Assembly (NCBI GenBank): GCA_013239625.1
Contig: MU054187.1
Coordinates: 14,666,974-14,730,973, forward strand
Origin: Lama guanicoe
Taxonomy: Eukaryota
Length of the DNA stretch: 64,000 bases
Reading direction: 5' to 3'
The notes beneath the pieces were generated by a model. That model saw nothing but the letters and a program-made list of their open reading frames with translations, had not been told where the DNA came from and did no database searches. Every line of letters starts with the position of its first letter. Position 1 is the stretch's first letter. Shown here in pieces: positions 1 to 13,200 of this stretch. The translations under genes were made by a program, and so were the position numbers.

Positions 1-3000
1 AGAACCTCTTGAAGTTTAAAATTTTGTTTGTGTGCAGTTTCTGCCACTTTACCCCAGCCCCTCACTTTCAACCTTCAGGTGTATCACTATGTTATGACAT
101 TGACATTTGGCTGGAGATTTGACCCTCAGTGTCACATTTTAATATATACTTTCTGTCACATCCAGACTGGTCTTCAGCCTGTTTCCTGGTGGGCAGTTTT
201 GTGGTCGGTCATTCCACCTAAGGATGTATTTGAGTAGGAAGAGGTAAGTACACAGAATTTATTCTGGGAATGCACTGATTCTGCCAGCATTTATCAGAAG
301 CCACATTTCTGAAATCTGTTCCAGAACTGTAGATGTTATTGGTTTATAGCAGGAAAATGGAAGCCAAAGGTTTGCACCTCCTGTTCTTTTTTTTTTAAAT
401 GTAGGTGGCTGATACATTGAGTAGAAGGCTTTTACTTTACCAGAATGAAAGCTTAAAATCTGTCATTTGATTCACTTGGAGTTCTTTTTAGGACTTTATA
501 TAAGGTTTAAATATAAGAGCAGTGTAGCTATCATCCTTCCCACTCTTGAGATGGATCATTATGTTCTCTGTGAAATTCCGTAATGCAAAATGTGTTCAAA
601 AAAGGCAAAAGATCCTTAAAATACACTAATTATTCTATGACATAATATTAAACACCCTGTTCTACATCACTGGAGAGGAAGTTATACCAGTGTACTTTTT
701 TCCCTCTCAGACGTCCACCTGGTTGCCATAAATGGGCTGGTTTTCCCTTTGTAGTGCAAAATAACTGTCCTTGAGGAATGTTTGAAGGCTCTTAGCAACC
801 AAAGATGATCCAGAAGCATCTCAGGTGTTAGCCCAGTTATGTTGCCTACACTTCAGCTGAGTAAAACCCACGTATCAATGAAGGAGGTAAGCTCTTACAG
901 ATATATTTTCTTCTGGAGATCTTTATTCCTATGATCTGAGAAAACTGCTCCAGAAGATCAGATTTTACCATCTTGGTTCACTTTGTTTGAAAGCTGATTC
1001 TTCCCAAGGTTTAAGTTTAGATGACCCCACAAACGAAGCATTATGACATCAGCAGAGTCAACAACCTGCCATGACAAATACTAATAAGGAAGAAAAGGGG
1101 TTACAGGAATCTTAATGCTCCTCACAGTAAAATCAACATCTGATCCCTTGTGTTATATGTATTAAAGAGGATCTTCCTAGGAGGGAAAGGTCATTACCAG
1201 TCCTATCTTTCCAGGAAATGTAAAATAGTACATTATTACCTCGCTGTTTTCTTCATTCTTTCATTAATATGCAAAAGAAAAATCCTGATGTATTCAGGAG
1301 CTAAAACCATGACTTTCAGATGAGGTGGGAGCATATAACTATCTCCAGGAAATATGAAACTTTTTTATCTAAAACACTCGATTGTACGGTGAAGACTAGG
1401 CTCACATCTCATTTCTTTACAGAGTGGGGCTCAGTATCAGATAGTCAGAAGATAAAATACCTGACAATACCAAAAATGGGAGAGAAAATAGAACTTTCGT
1501 AAACTCTGTACAAGTGAAATTAGTACAGTCTTTCTGGAAAACAATTCATAACAGTAAAGCTTCCCTTACTCTTAAAGAATCTTTTTTTAATAGCATCATT
1601 TGCAATAAAAGATACTTAAGAGACATATTAAACAAATGCAATATGTTAACCTTGTTTGGATTTTGATTCAAACAAACCACTGTGAAAAACAGATTTTGGA
1701 GACAACTGGAGAAATTTAAACAAAATAGATATCAGATGATATTAAGAAATAATTATTGTTTTTGTTACATTTGATAATGATATTCATTTTTTAATTTACA
1801 TAGCAGTTAGAAATGACCATCAGGTTCAAGAAGATGATTCTCCCTTATCTCACAAACTACCTCCACCTCCACCTCTTTGAAAAAAAAAAAACAAAAAAAA
1901 CTCAGACATACACAAGGAGTGTATGTGCCTGAGGTCTTCCTTGCCAAGAAAATGTAGAGCCTGTGACACAGAAGACTAAAAGCACTGGATGTTCTGGAAG
2001 AAAAGGGAGAGAAATATGGGAAACCGAATAGTCTAATTATTTGAAGGACCCACAAAGGAATCACTGGGCAAATCCTGCAATAGTGATACTGTCGTGTGAT
2101 TTATGAATGCCTGAAGTCTAGTGATTCACTAACCTGGTGAGTTAGGAGCAGTCCTATGGGAATATGCTTGTTGGAGCATAAAGAGACAAAGTTGACAAGT
2201 CCTTGCTTGAGTCTATGTCTCCCCAGAGCGGTTTATTCTTAGGTTCCCACGGGCTGATCTCATCAGAGCAATAGAAGCAGTTTAGAACAACAGCTTGTTT
2301 ATTGGCTGTTGGAAAAAGCACCTCGCCAGGAATCCAATGCTCGTATTCTTGTCCTAGCTCTGTCAATAGCAAGCTTGGTCAAGGCTCTTAACCTCTCTGG
2401 GTTTATATCCTTATTAATAAAATGTGCAAATCAGACTACGTAATCTTCAAGATTTCTCCCAGACGTCAAATTCCATGCACTTACCAGAGGGAATCAAACT
2501 TCTAAATGATTTATCTGAAATACTGTATTTAAAAGTCAAGATAAAATACAATGGAAATGATGTACTATTTTGAGTTTAAAAAATCACTTGTAAACAAATA
2601 AAGAATAAGCTCGGCTTCATTGTAATTTATGTAGAAATACTGGGGTGCTTTAATAATTTTAAAATTCTACTGAAATCCAACTGAGCTTATAAATGAGATT
2701 TCAAAAAGTATCAGACTCTAGATTCACAATTTAGAGTGATACTTTTAAGAAAAGCATCAAAAGTGCATTATTTTTTATAATTTTGAACCCAAACTAGTCA
2801 TTTCACGTGGATCTTCTAATAAGGGACAAAGAAAATTAACAAATGGTTTACATATGTGTGACCTATTCTGTGTGACTTATTTTACATGACAAAAACAACT
2901 GATTTATGTGTATCTGGTTTGTAAATACGATTGTGAATTGGGAGAAATGTGTCTTCACTTTCTCGCCTTTCCCTGCACCTGTCTAGCAAGAATTTATTTA

Positions 3001-5029
3001 CCAGGGTCTGTAGTCCTTGAGGACATTCCTTGCTCACTTCTCTCCTAGACCTCTTAGAAAGTTATCCTTTTTGGGGTGAACCCCTTTAAAAACCAAATGA
3101 AAACCATGGACCTACTGGACGGAAAAATGCTTATACTCATGAAATTTTGTATTTCAGGGGATTACCTGACCCTCAGAAGTCCATCCATCAGCAGAGGTTT
3201 GTAAACCTCAAGGTAAGAACACCCTTACTGAAGAGGTGTTGATGGATATCAGCTCAAGCTCTTGCCCTTTCAAAGCCTGCCTTTTATGTAGGCATTGTTT
3301 CATAGCACTTGTTTTCTTTTTGTTCACTTGTTATTTTCCAATCTTCCTGAAAAGCAGAATGCTGTGTGAAAAGCTCTAAGTTGGGAACCAGAAGAGTTGA
3401 TCGCTTGCCTTGATCCTTCCCAGGGGTGATACTAAACTTACTTAACAAACCTGCAGAACTGAAGCTGCTTGGTGCTGGAGCAAAGGCTTGGACGCTCCCA
3501 GCCCCGTGGGACAGGTATCTGTAATTAGATCATGGCGAGTTCTGGAGGGATTTTGAGGCCATAGAAGGGAGATACTTTTCGGGGTGTGAGGGCAGTGGCT
3601 GTCTACAAAATGTTAGAAAAGTATTCCACTTTAGAGGGATGGGTGATAGAAATGTTCTAAAACTTGATTATGGTGATAGTTACCCAACTGTATAAATTTA
3701 CTGAAAATTACTGAGTAATTATTATGGGTGAATTTTATGGTATGTGAATTATACCCTAATAAAGCTGTTTAAAAGCAGAGAAGGACATTTCAATATTTTA
3801 ACACAGGCATAACAGTAAGTCCTGGCTGGCCTTCAGACTGGCTCTCCCTTTAATGTATGAGACCAAAGGCTGGTCAGGGTCTGGATTTTTAAGCTGTAAA
3901 ATGGAGAGCCAATGGTTTCTTCAAAGCTTTCCAGATAAATTCTTTTCCTTATCAAAAAAAATCCATAATTGTGTCATCATAATTCATACTGTCCTCTTTT
4001 CTCCTGCTTATAAAACCATCCTTTCCCAAATACGTGTTTATCCTTCCTCTGCTGCTTACGAGGGATGGCAGCCCTAGTCATTTTGCCCCTGCTAGACAGT
4101 TCTTTCTTATCCTATGAGTTTACCTCGTGCCTACCTTTTCTATCCCTTTTTTCTGCCCCTTTGGGGCTGATCTCCACTTAACACATGTTAGGAAAGGTAC
4201 TTGGACTCAAAAGAGCTAGATTTTAATCCTAACTCAGTTGGAGTTAGTCATTTAATCTTCTCTGAACCTTAGTTTCATCATCTGGGGAAAGGGATGAAAA
4301 TGCCAACATGTGGTTTGTGGTGGAGTCCAGATGAGATCAGGGATGTGAGGAGCTTGGTGACCTGCAAGGCACCACATGGATGAGAGGTGGTATCTTGTTT
4401 TTCTTTGAATTACTCTGTGTTCTCTCTGCAGTGGACAGATGAGATGTTGATTAGAGATGGGAAGTGGGGTATAGGGCTGTAACTGAGAAATAAATACCCA
4501 TGCCAAGATCCCCAAATTTCATACCACTTGTAAACATGGAAGAGGCTGGACAGACACTCTGCTCTGAACTGAACTTGCCATAGACAAACTTGCAGGGTTA
4601 GGATGTTGCCTCTCCCCACCCCACCCAGTGTATTTCTCCACATGTGACTTCCTCCTAGACCCACCCTTATTAATGATAAGAATGGTAACAGCTACCTTGG
4701 ATTGAATATTTATATGTGTCGCACAGGCAATGTCAGAGGCACTTGTATTTCCTGTATTACTGAATCTTGAAAACAGCAAAGTGAGGTACATAAAACAATT
4801 CCCATTTTACAGAAAGGAAACAGGCTCAGAGAGGCTAGGTAATTTGCCAAAATCACCCAGGTTCTGAAAGAAGAGTCAGAATTTTATCTTGGAAACTCTA
4901 AGTCCAAAGCTCTACAGATTGAATTCTTTACCTAGTATACCATCTTGTCCTTCTAAATCCATTATCTTAATGACCCATATCTATGAGGTTTTAAAATAAA
5001 GCTAACTCTAAACAAATTGATTCACTTTA

Positions 5030-5238
5030 TTTTCTTTAAAGTAATTTCTTTTTAAAATTTTTTCTCTTTCTCTGTTTTATTTTATTTTTCAATTTTATTT
5101 AGTGGAAGGGAGGTAATTAGGTTTGTTTGTTTGTTTTTAAGTTTTTTATTTTTTTTCCCTTAACCAAGGCACTGGGGATTGAACCCAGGACCTCATGCAT
5201 GCCAAGAATATGCCCTACCACTGAGCTATACCCTCCCC
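5030..5238 (-). mobile_element. tRNA-derived camelid-type SINE (vic-1-like)
   Basis: Antisense tRNA-like head (ggggattgaacccagg...ctaccactgagctata) and ggaggtaattagg tail; 17-bp TSD caaattgattcacttta at 5013-5029 and 5239-5255. Confidence 0.88.
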
Positions 5239-5422
5239 CAAATTGATTCACTTTAAACCATTGAACCTAATAGGCAAGGTAGACTTTACATTTTGCCAAG
5301 AATATCTGATGCCCCAAATATATTTGAAGTGGTGAATTTTCAGACGTTTGGCAAAATTTTAAAATATATGGCAATTTGGTCCCCAAAGCATATATTTAAT
5401 GTCAGGCACTGGGGGTACAAAA

Positions 5423-5486
5423 ATGAGTAAGATACAGTCCCTTACTCAATATGAGTAAGATAAGGGACTGTATCTTACTCATATTG
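5423..5486. repeat. Nested perfect inverted repeats
   Basis: 22-bp arms at 5423-5444 and 5461-5482; 16-bp arms at 5447-5462 and 5471-5486. Confidence 0.9.
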
Positions 5487-5811
5487 CTTATAATCAGGAA
5501 AACAGATGAAAAGCTTCTTACTGCCTATTATGGGATCATAAGTGAGGGGCACTTGACCTCCCTAGGAGCTGAAGATCTAAGAGCTATGGCCTGAGCAGAG
5601 GTGAAAAGGAGTAGAGGAGAGGCACTGCGGGCAGAGGGAGCATGAACCATGTAATTGGTGTCTACAGGGGATGACAGACACTTTGGCATTGCCCAATAGA
5701 AATTGATGGAAGGAGGTGGGGGACAAGAGGCAGGCAATTTCTGATCATGGAAGGCTTTGTTGGCTGGTGAGGATTTTCAAATGGGAAGTGGTAAGGCCAG
5801 ATTTCTATTTT

Positions 5812-5932
5812 TTTAAGTAGATTTATTTATTTATTTTTTAAATGGAGGTACTGGGGGTTGAACTCAGCACCTCCTTCATGGTAAGCATGTGCTCTACCAC
5901 TTGAGCACATGCTGTATACCCTCCCCCTGCCC
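5812..5932 (-). mobile_element. tRNA-derived camelid-type SINE
   Basis: gaggtactgggggttgaactcag...gtgctctaccact; TSD ccagattt(c/g)tatttt at 5797-5811 and 5933-5947. Confidence 0.82.
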
Positions 5933-6174
5933 CCAGATTTGTATTTTGAAATGATTGCTTTGGTGGCTGAACAGGTAAGATCAGAAAAAAAAAAATCAGA
6001 AAAGGAGGCTAGGTAAGGCTCTGACAGATGGAGGATAAGGGCTTGGACCAGGGCATGTAGAGAAAGGACTATAGAGATATTTAGGAAGAGGAACAGACAG
6101 GACTGATATTTGTTATAAGTGTGGGACAAGAAAGGAGTTGAGTGCCAGGTTTCTGATTTGAAAATAAAGGAGTT

Positions 6175-6263
6175 ACATCAGAAACTAACATGGTAAATCA
6201 ACTACACTTCAATTAAAAACATTTTTTAAATTAAAAATAAAAATATACTAAAACATGAAAAAA
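6175..6263 (+). mobile_element. Severely 5'-truncated L1 3' terminus with A-rich tail
   Basis: catcagaaactaac...tcaactacacttcaattaaaa; perfect 15-bp TSD gaaaataaaggagtt at 6160-6174 and 6264-6278. Confidence 0.75.
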
Positions 6264-8949
6264 GAAAATAAAGGAGTTGACAGACAGAAGGAATGAGAAT
6301 AGAAGGAAAAGAAAAACTAATTCCACTTTGGACATATTTGAGGATTTAAAGTTTCTCATAGGGTATCAGTCACACCTTTTAAAAATGAAAGTTGTAAAAT
6401 CTAGCTCAAATGAATTCATCAGGAAATCCAAGGAACACAGGCTCAACTGATACGGAGGGCTCTTTTTCTTTCAGTCTCTGTGGTGAACAAGACGGCCTCT
6501 AGTCTCCAGATTCATCCATCCTAACAGTTTAGTAATCCCCAAGGATTATTCTAGCAGCAAAGATCTGGGAAGGGCTACAATTGGCTTAGCTCTAATCAGC
6601 TCCATCTCTCAACCAATCAGTGATCTGTTTGGTCAGGCCTGGGCTGACTCTTGTAGCATGTGTGGGAGTGGCCTCAGTGAGGTCTAAGGAGATCTCCCAT
6701 AGAAAAGAAGCTTCTTACACTGGAATGAGGGGAGATGAGAGATTCCAGAAAGACAAGAAGTACAGATGTCCACTACTATAGCTAAAGTGAATATATTCAG
6801 CAGACAATTCTATATCACAGGCTGAAGCTGGGAGAGGAGGGAGAGAATTTCACTTAAGTGAAGTTTTGATGAGGATATAATATTAGATGGCCTGAAAATT
6901 TTAATGACTTGTAAGAAACTGTTCTTGTGACACAGGGACTGGAGAAGTTCTGACACCTCCCTGAGATTTCATCCAGGGCAAAGAAAGCCCATGGAGCAGG
7001 TTTGAAAGGACAACAGGAGACAGCACCGCATGGAGTCCAGCATATTCGGTGACATGATTACATATGAAACTGTGAAAATAAAGAGATGGCCCTGAGAGAG
7101 AGTTTAGGAGAGAAAAGAACATCATGCTGAGGTCAGCGGCCAAAGAACACACATTTAAGAGAAGTGTGGCCTAAAAGCCAAAAGAGTCTTGAGGAGGGAG
7201 TGAGTAATCAATAATGTAAATTCATTCAAGAAGATATGAAAACAAACAAACCAAAAAAACAAAAAACCCCAAAAAACTGAATTAGCACTGTGCATTACAT
7301 CAGTGACCTTCATCAGATTGCTTTGTGTTGTAATGAATTGTAGAGTGAACCAGTAAGCAAAGATACAGAGACATCAAGAGGCTTAGCTAAGAAGAGAAAA
7401 AGGGAGATAAGATTGTACTAGAGACAAATGCAAAGTCAAGAGCAGGGGGAAGTTTTGTTTTTTGTTTGTTTTCAGGAAGTGGTTTGAGCATTTTTATAGG
7501 CTAAAGGGAACCAACAGAGAAGGAGATATTTGAAAATGTTAGGCATTTGAAGAGGGAAGGCAGTGGGGGTCATACATCTTTGGTTTGATATTGAGGGAGG
7601 TTCCTAATAGTGTCTTCAATCATAATATCATAGGACTGGGGAAATATAATCCTAGGATATGACGTAGGCTATATACAACCACAGGATAAACATGGTGTAT
7701 CTTCCTAGTGCATGCACTTTACTGCTTGGTCAGTTATTTAAAACAGGATGTTCTTCAGACTCCTTGGGATTCAAGTGCACACTTAGGATTACCCGTGACA
7801 ACTTAGAGGATCACTGAGGTAAATATGAAACTTTATCCTGTTTCTGGCTTTTGCTTAACTGGCTTTATGAAATGAAATAAGAGAGAAGCAGAGTTTAAAA
7901 TCATTAGAGAAGCCAATTTTGAAGGGGCTTTTCTGGCCAAAGACAAGATTGTTTGAACAACAAGACAAGTAAGGATTGCAATAATCTGAAGTGCATAATT
8001 ATATATATGGAAATACAATGCATTTGTGTATGTATATGTATTTTCATGTATATACACAATCATATATAATCATAAAAACGTAATGATAGTACAAAAAAAA
8101 AAAACCTCACTGGTCACCATTGGAGTTACTGGGGAAACGGGGGAAAGATTAACCTTTTCTACTTTCCTGTATAAATTATATTTTAAGGTAACCAAGTGAT
8201 TGATAAAGGGGGAAAGTTATTCTTTATAGAAGAATTTCAGCTATTGCACTAAAAGCTATAAAAGAATAAGAGAATAATAACTTTGCAAAACATGTGAAAT
8301 AATGGAGCCTGGCATCAATCATCAGTGGGTGCTAAAACAATCAGATAAAAAGTTAAAGGGGAACCTAATAATGGATGAATCATGATGACACACCTGAATC
8401 AATTGATCAACATAATATCGGTAAAAGTGGGGCAATCAGATATTGTGTGCCTCTTGAAGATGGTGCAGTAGGAGATAACATGAATTGCTCTTGCCAAAAA
8501 CGATCTACTCAAGACTCTATCTCACAATCAGTTTATAGGAAACAAGGGTAAGAGAGGTGCAAAAATAGAGTAAATTGTTCAACCACATCATGAGGCTGCA
8601 AATAGCTAAAGTCAGATTATAGGATATTCTGCAGGACAAATGACACAGTTTCTTCAAGATGTGGCATAAAGGGGAGGTGGTGGAAAACTCATAGACTAAA
8701 AGAGGCATATTAAACAAATGCAGTATGTTAATCTGTTTAGAACCTGATTCAAACAGAAAAACTATTTTAAAATATTTTTGAGATAATAGAAGAAAATGAA
8801 ATACAGACTAGATATTAGTTTTTAAAAATAAACTAAAAAAGAATAGAGAAGAAATAATATGGAAGACATAGAGTTATTATTAAATATGTAGGCATAATTG
8901 ATAGCTTCTGAGGAAAACAACAAATGGAAGCAAAAAATACTAAAAGATA

Positions 8950-9410
8950 TGCAGCATAGTCTTTTGGTCTTTATTGCTGGTTCCTGACACAGAGCTCCCA
9001 AAACCCTTGTAATTTCCAGAGTGATGGGGTGATGGAGCATCTTGTGTTCGACTATTTGGTCTTTGTACCTGCTTTCTTACACAGAGTTCCTAAGTTCCTT
9101 GGAATTTCCTGGGTGACTGGCGTGACATTTGTTATGATATTGCAACTCTTGGCAAGCCCCTGTGTAGCTTCAAGATGGAAACTGACTGCCGAAAAGGATC
9201 AAGTCTTGGTTAGAAGCCTGGAACTTTCAGCCCAACACCTCTAAACCTCCAGGTAGGAGAGCGAGCTGGAGACTGAGTTAATAATTGATCATGCTTGCAT
9301 GATGGCTCTATTTTTCAAAAATTAAAAAAACAAAAACAAAAACAAAAACAAAAATCAATAGATGGGGTTCTGAGAGTTTCTGGATTGGTGAACACATTCC
9401 TGTCCTAAGA
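8950..9410 (+). mobile_element. MER21-like ERV LTR remnant
   Basis: Motif ttggtcttt...cacagag.tcc.aa...ccttg.aatttcc occurs twice, resembling the recalled MER21 consensus. Confidence 0.6.
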
Positions 9411-9534
9411 GCGCAGTATTAAAGAGACTGAAAAACTATCAGAACCACAGTCAGGTAAGGCAGGAATGTTGGGATTATCAGAGCAGAATTTTAAAAAACT
9501 GATTTTCTGTCTGGAAGATTTGTCCATTGATGTC

Positions 9535-10110
9535 ATATATTTGTCTTTCTCTGGCTTATGTCACTTAGCATAATGCTCTCAAGGTACATGCATATTGCTG
9601 CAAATGGCAAGATTTTCTTCCTTTTAAAGGATGAATAATACTTCATTGTATTTGTATACCGCAATTTATTTATTTGTTTGTTTTGGGGGGGAGGTAATTA
9701 GGCTTTATCTTTTTTGTTGTTGTTGTTGGAGGCACTGGGGATTGAATCCAGGACCCTGTGTATGCTAAGCACGTACTCTACCACTCGAACTATACCCTTC
9801 CCCCCATACTGCAACTTATTTATCCATCCATCCTTCGGTGGACACTTAGGTTGTTTCCATCCATATCTTGGCTATGGTAAATAATGCTGCAGTGAACATG
9901 GGGGTGGGGGTGTGTGTATCTTTTCAAGTCAGTGTTTTTGTTTTTGGGTAAATACCCAGGAGTGGAATTGCTGGATCATATTGTAGTTCTATTTTTAATT
10001 TTTTGAGGAACCTCCATATTGTTTTCCATAGTGGCTGCACCAATTTACATTCCTACTAACAGTGCATAAGGGTTGTCTTTTCTCCACATCCTCACCCACT
10101 CTTGTTATTT
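9535..10110 (-). mobile_element. L1 3' region, interrupted by a SINE
   Basis: Antisense L1 hallmarks: ggacacttaggttgtttccat, atacccaggagtggaattgctggatcata, gaggaacctccatattgttttccatagtggctgcaccaattt. Confidence 0.8.
9675..9805 (-). mobile_element. tRNA-derived camelid-type SINE nested in L1
   Basis: ggggaggtaattagg...ggggattgaatccagg...tactctaccact; imperfect TSD atac(c/t)gcaa(t/c)ttatttat. Confidence 0.85.
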
Positions 10111-10119
10111 GGTCCTCAT

Positions 10120-10230
10120 TTTTCTTGGGTTGGGTGAGGTAATTAGGTTATTTTAATGGCAGTACTGGGGATTGAACCCAGGACATTGTACATGCTATGT
10201 ATGTGCTCTGCCACTGAGCTATACCCTCCC
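10120..10230 (-). mobile_element. tRNA-derived camelid-type SINE
   Basis: gaggtaattagg...gtactggggattgaacccagg...ccactgagctataccctcccc. Confidence 0.85.
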
Positions 10231-13200
10231 CAAACCCTGGCCTCATGATTAATGAGAATGCCTCTGATAAATGTTTTTTGTTAAGCATAACTGTTAGCTT
10301 GATGTGGTTTTAAAATAATAAATGAAATATTCTATTCCTAGTGTTATTAGTTTAAAATCAGGAGTGGAAATGCTATTCTAACAAATTCTTTTTAAATGTC
10401 TATTGAAATGATGCTACATTTTTCTTTGGGAAATTTATTTATTAAAAAAATTTCTTGAGAGGGGAGGTAATTAGGTTTATTTATTTATTTTTAAAAATAT
10501 TTTCCTACCTTAAACCATCCTTGCTTTCCTTAGAATAAACCTTAATTATGATGTAGTATTATTTTACTAGTCTGAATTTGATTTGCTAGGGTTTTATTTA
10601 GGATTGTTGCATCTATATGCTTGTGGTATAGGCCTATAGGAGTTTTTTTGTTGTTGGGTTGTTTTTTGAGGTGGAGATGTGTGGTATCTCAGAATTTGGT
10701 ATCAGGATTCTACTAACTTTTTAATGGTGACTTGGAAATTTGCTATCTTTTATTATATGTTAGAACAGTTTACTGTGTGAATTGTGCCCTTTGAAGATTT
10801 TTTTAAAAACCCAAAATAAAACTTAATCATAAAAATAATCTAGTCTTATGCCTCTTTGGGAGAAATATCATGACAACTACTTCACTTTCATTTTATGGTT
10901 ATTGGTCTATTCAAATTTTGTCTTGGTTTAGTTTTCATAATTTACATTTTCCTAGAAAATCAATTACAATTTAAAATTTTGTTTGGTGTAAACAATCACT
11001 TGTAATTTAAAAACTTTTCTGTTTTGGGGTATAAACTTTCTCATAACAAATGTTGGGTATTGTTTTCTATTTTATCTGTGAATTTTTGCTTCCTCATTTC
11101 ACTCTTGATATGTCTGTCCTATAAGTTTTTCTACTGTTCTGAACCAGCTCTTATATTTATAAATGTCCTTCTAATTGACTAATTCCTATTTTCTAATTGT
11201 TTCTGCTATTTTTGTTAATTCTCTCATCCTAATTTCCTTGACATTTGTTTGAAATATCTTGAATCTAATGCTTAGTTTGTTTTCTTATTCATTCATAATA
11301 AAGTCTATGAATTTGCTTAAGATGGATAGTTGCACCTCACAAAATATCACTCTATCATTTCTTTAGAGTAGTCTGCAATCATAACTTTTTTTCCTTTGGC
11401 TATTTATTTTGATGTTTAAAAACTTCAAGTGGTACTTTTGAGCATATACCTAGGAGTGTAAACAGTGGGTCAGATGGTTTAACTTTTTGAAGAACTACCA
11501 AACTATTTTCTACAATATTTGCACCATTTTACATCTCCACCTTGATGTAAAACTCTACCAATATACGAGTTGCAATTTTTACACTTCCTGGTCAGTATTT
11601 GTTAATGTCCACTTTTTTGATGGTAGCTATCCTAGTGGATGTGAAGTCTTATTGTGAGTTTGATTAGCATTTCTTTAATGACTCATGACTTGAGCAGATT
11701 TTCATGTATTGTTGCTCATTTGTACATATTTGGATGTTTTTCAGACTATTATTTTTCATGGGAGAACAAGAACCTAGATCAGTAAGAATTCCCTTGAACC
11801 CTGTCTTCCTGCCTTCCTGTTCAGCATTCTTCCCTGCAGATGTCAGACTGGATAATGTGTGGACATTTCCAGTTAGGCTTAGACAAATCTTTTATTTCAA
11901 CGTTAGTTAAAACATAAAAGGATCCAGTGGAATATGACTGAAGTGCTACCCCTACACATCAGTGAGCCTGATTCAACTCAACATTCACGGACGCCTATCA
12001 TATTTAAAGCGCTCTGCTAGGAACTGGGAGAGATAATGAGATCAACATCCCCTTAAAATATGAAATAATTTCCTTATTCCTGTTCTTACAATCTAGTTTT
12101 CAGAACATTCGCATAAGGCAAAAATTGCTACTAGGAAAAGAACAAAAACAGAGTTGCATTTAAGAACAAACCACATAACGTATACCATGGTTTCATTAGT
12201 TTCACAAGCTCTCAGCTTTTTATGATTGTAGTATTGCCATTCCACCCGTCAGTGTAACTTCATGGACTCAACTCTTTGGGAACATAGGTTTTCATTGTAG
12301 AGTTCCCTCAGTATTTAAGGATGGAATGGTACTTAATCATGTAGATCATATGTTCGCCCAACACAGGAAAACTGTCAATATTATGTTGCAAAGAAGACAA
12401 AATGCTAGAAGCATAATCATAATGCTTAAACCTTGTCTACTTTGGACAAAGTAACACCAATGTTTGCACTGTAAGTTAGGGATTTTATAAAAACCCATTT
12501 GAATTACAGCTTTGATGAAGCTACTTTCTTTAATTTGGTTTTGTGACATGCCATGCTAATGGCATGATTACTGGCTACATGAGAAAGCTACTCTAATTCC
12601 TTTAATTATATACCTTCCTCCTGACCTGGCATGGCCATCCATCTTTATTCAGTAGGTTTGGATCAAAAACATTTGACTATTGCAAAACATTTAAAGAAAA
12701 GCATCTCTCACCACTGAGGCTATTCAAAACAACATTTATTATAAGGTCTAAAGTCAGAATGTTCCAGAAACATTTTTGAGCAACAACAGCCCTACTAAGT
12801 GAGGATGATGTTCGTTTGGATAGAAATGTTATATATTTTTAAAGCATTTATTATTTTATTTTATAAACACACCTCATGCATTAACTCCCTACCTCAGTTC
12901 CACTGTTTCAATAGTCTGTATATTGTTGATTTCAATATGCTAACAAATGTGACTTCCTTTTCTGGATGTAGCATTCATAGGTTATTTCTAGAATGTAAGC
13001 ACCGTGTTTGTTCTAATTTGAACTACAATCCGGATCTAGAATTTCACTGAAAATTGGCTTGTGACCTTGGACTACCATAACTTTTGTCTTGGATCCTCAT
13101 TAAAAGAAAAAACAAATATCAAAAAGGAACACATTTGCTGATTCAAATAGTGGCTATAAGAAACTAAGGAAACATGCATTTTCAAAGACAGCTGAATGAA

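Noticed and set aside
12300..12550. About 50-codon open frame after an acceptor-like site, plus an antisense 67-aa ORF
   Set aside because: No recognisable homology and no partner exons; the length is within chance expectation.
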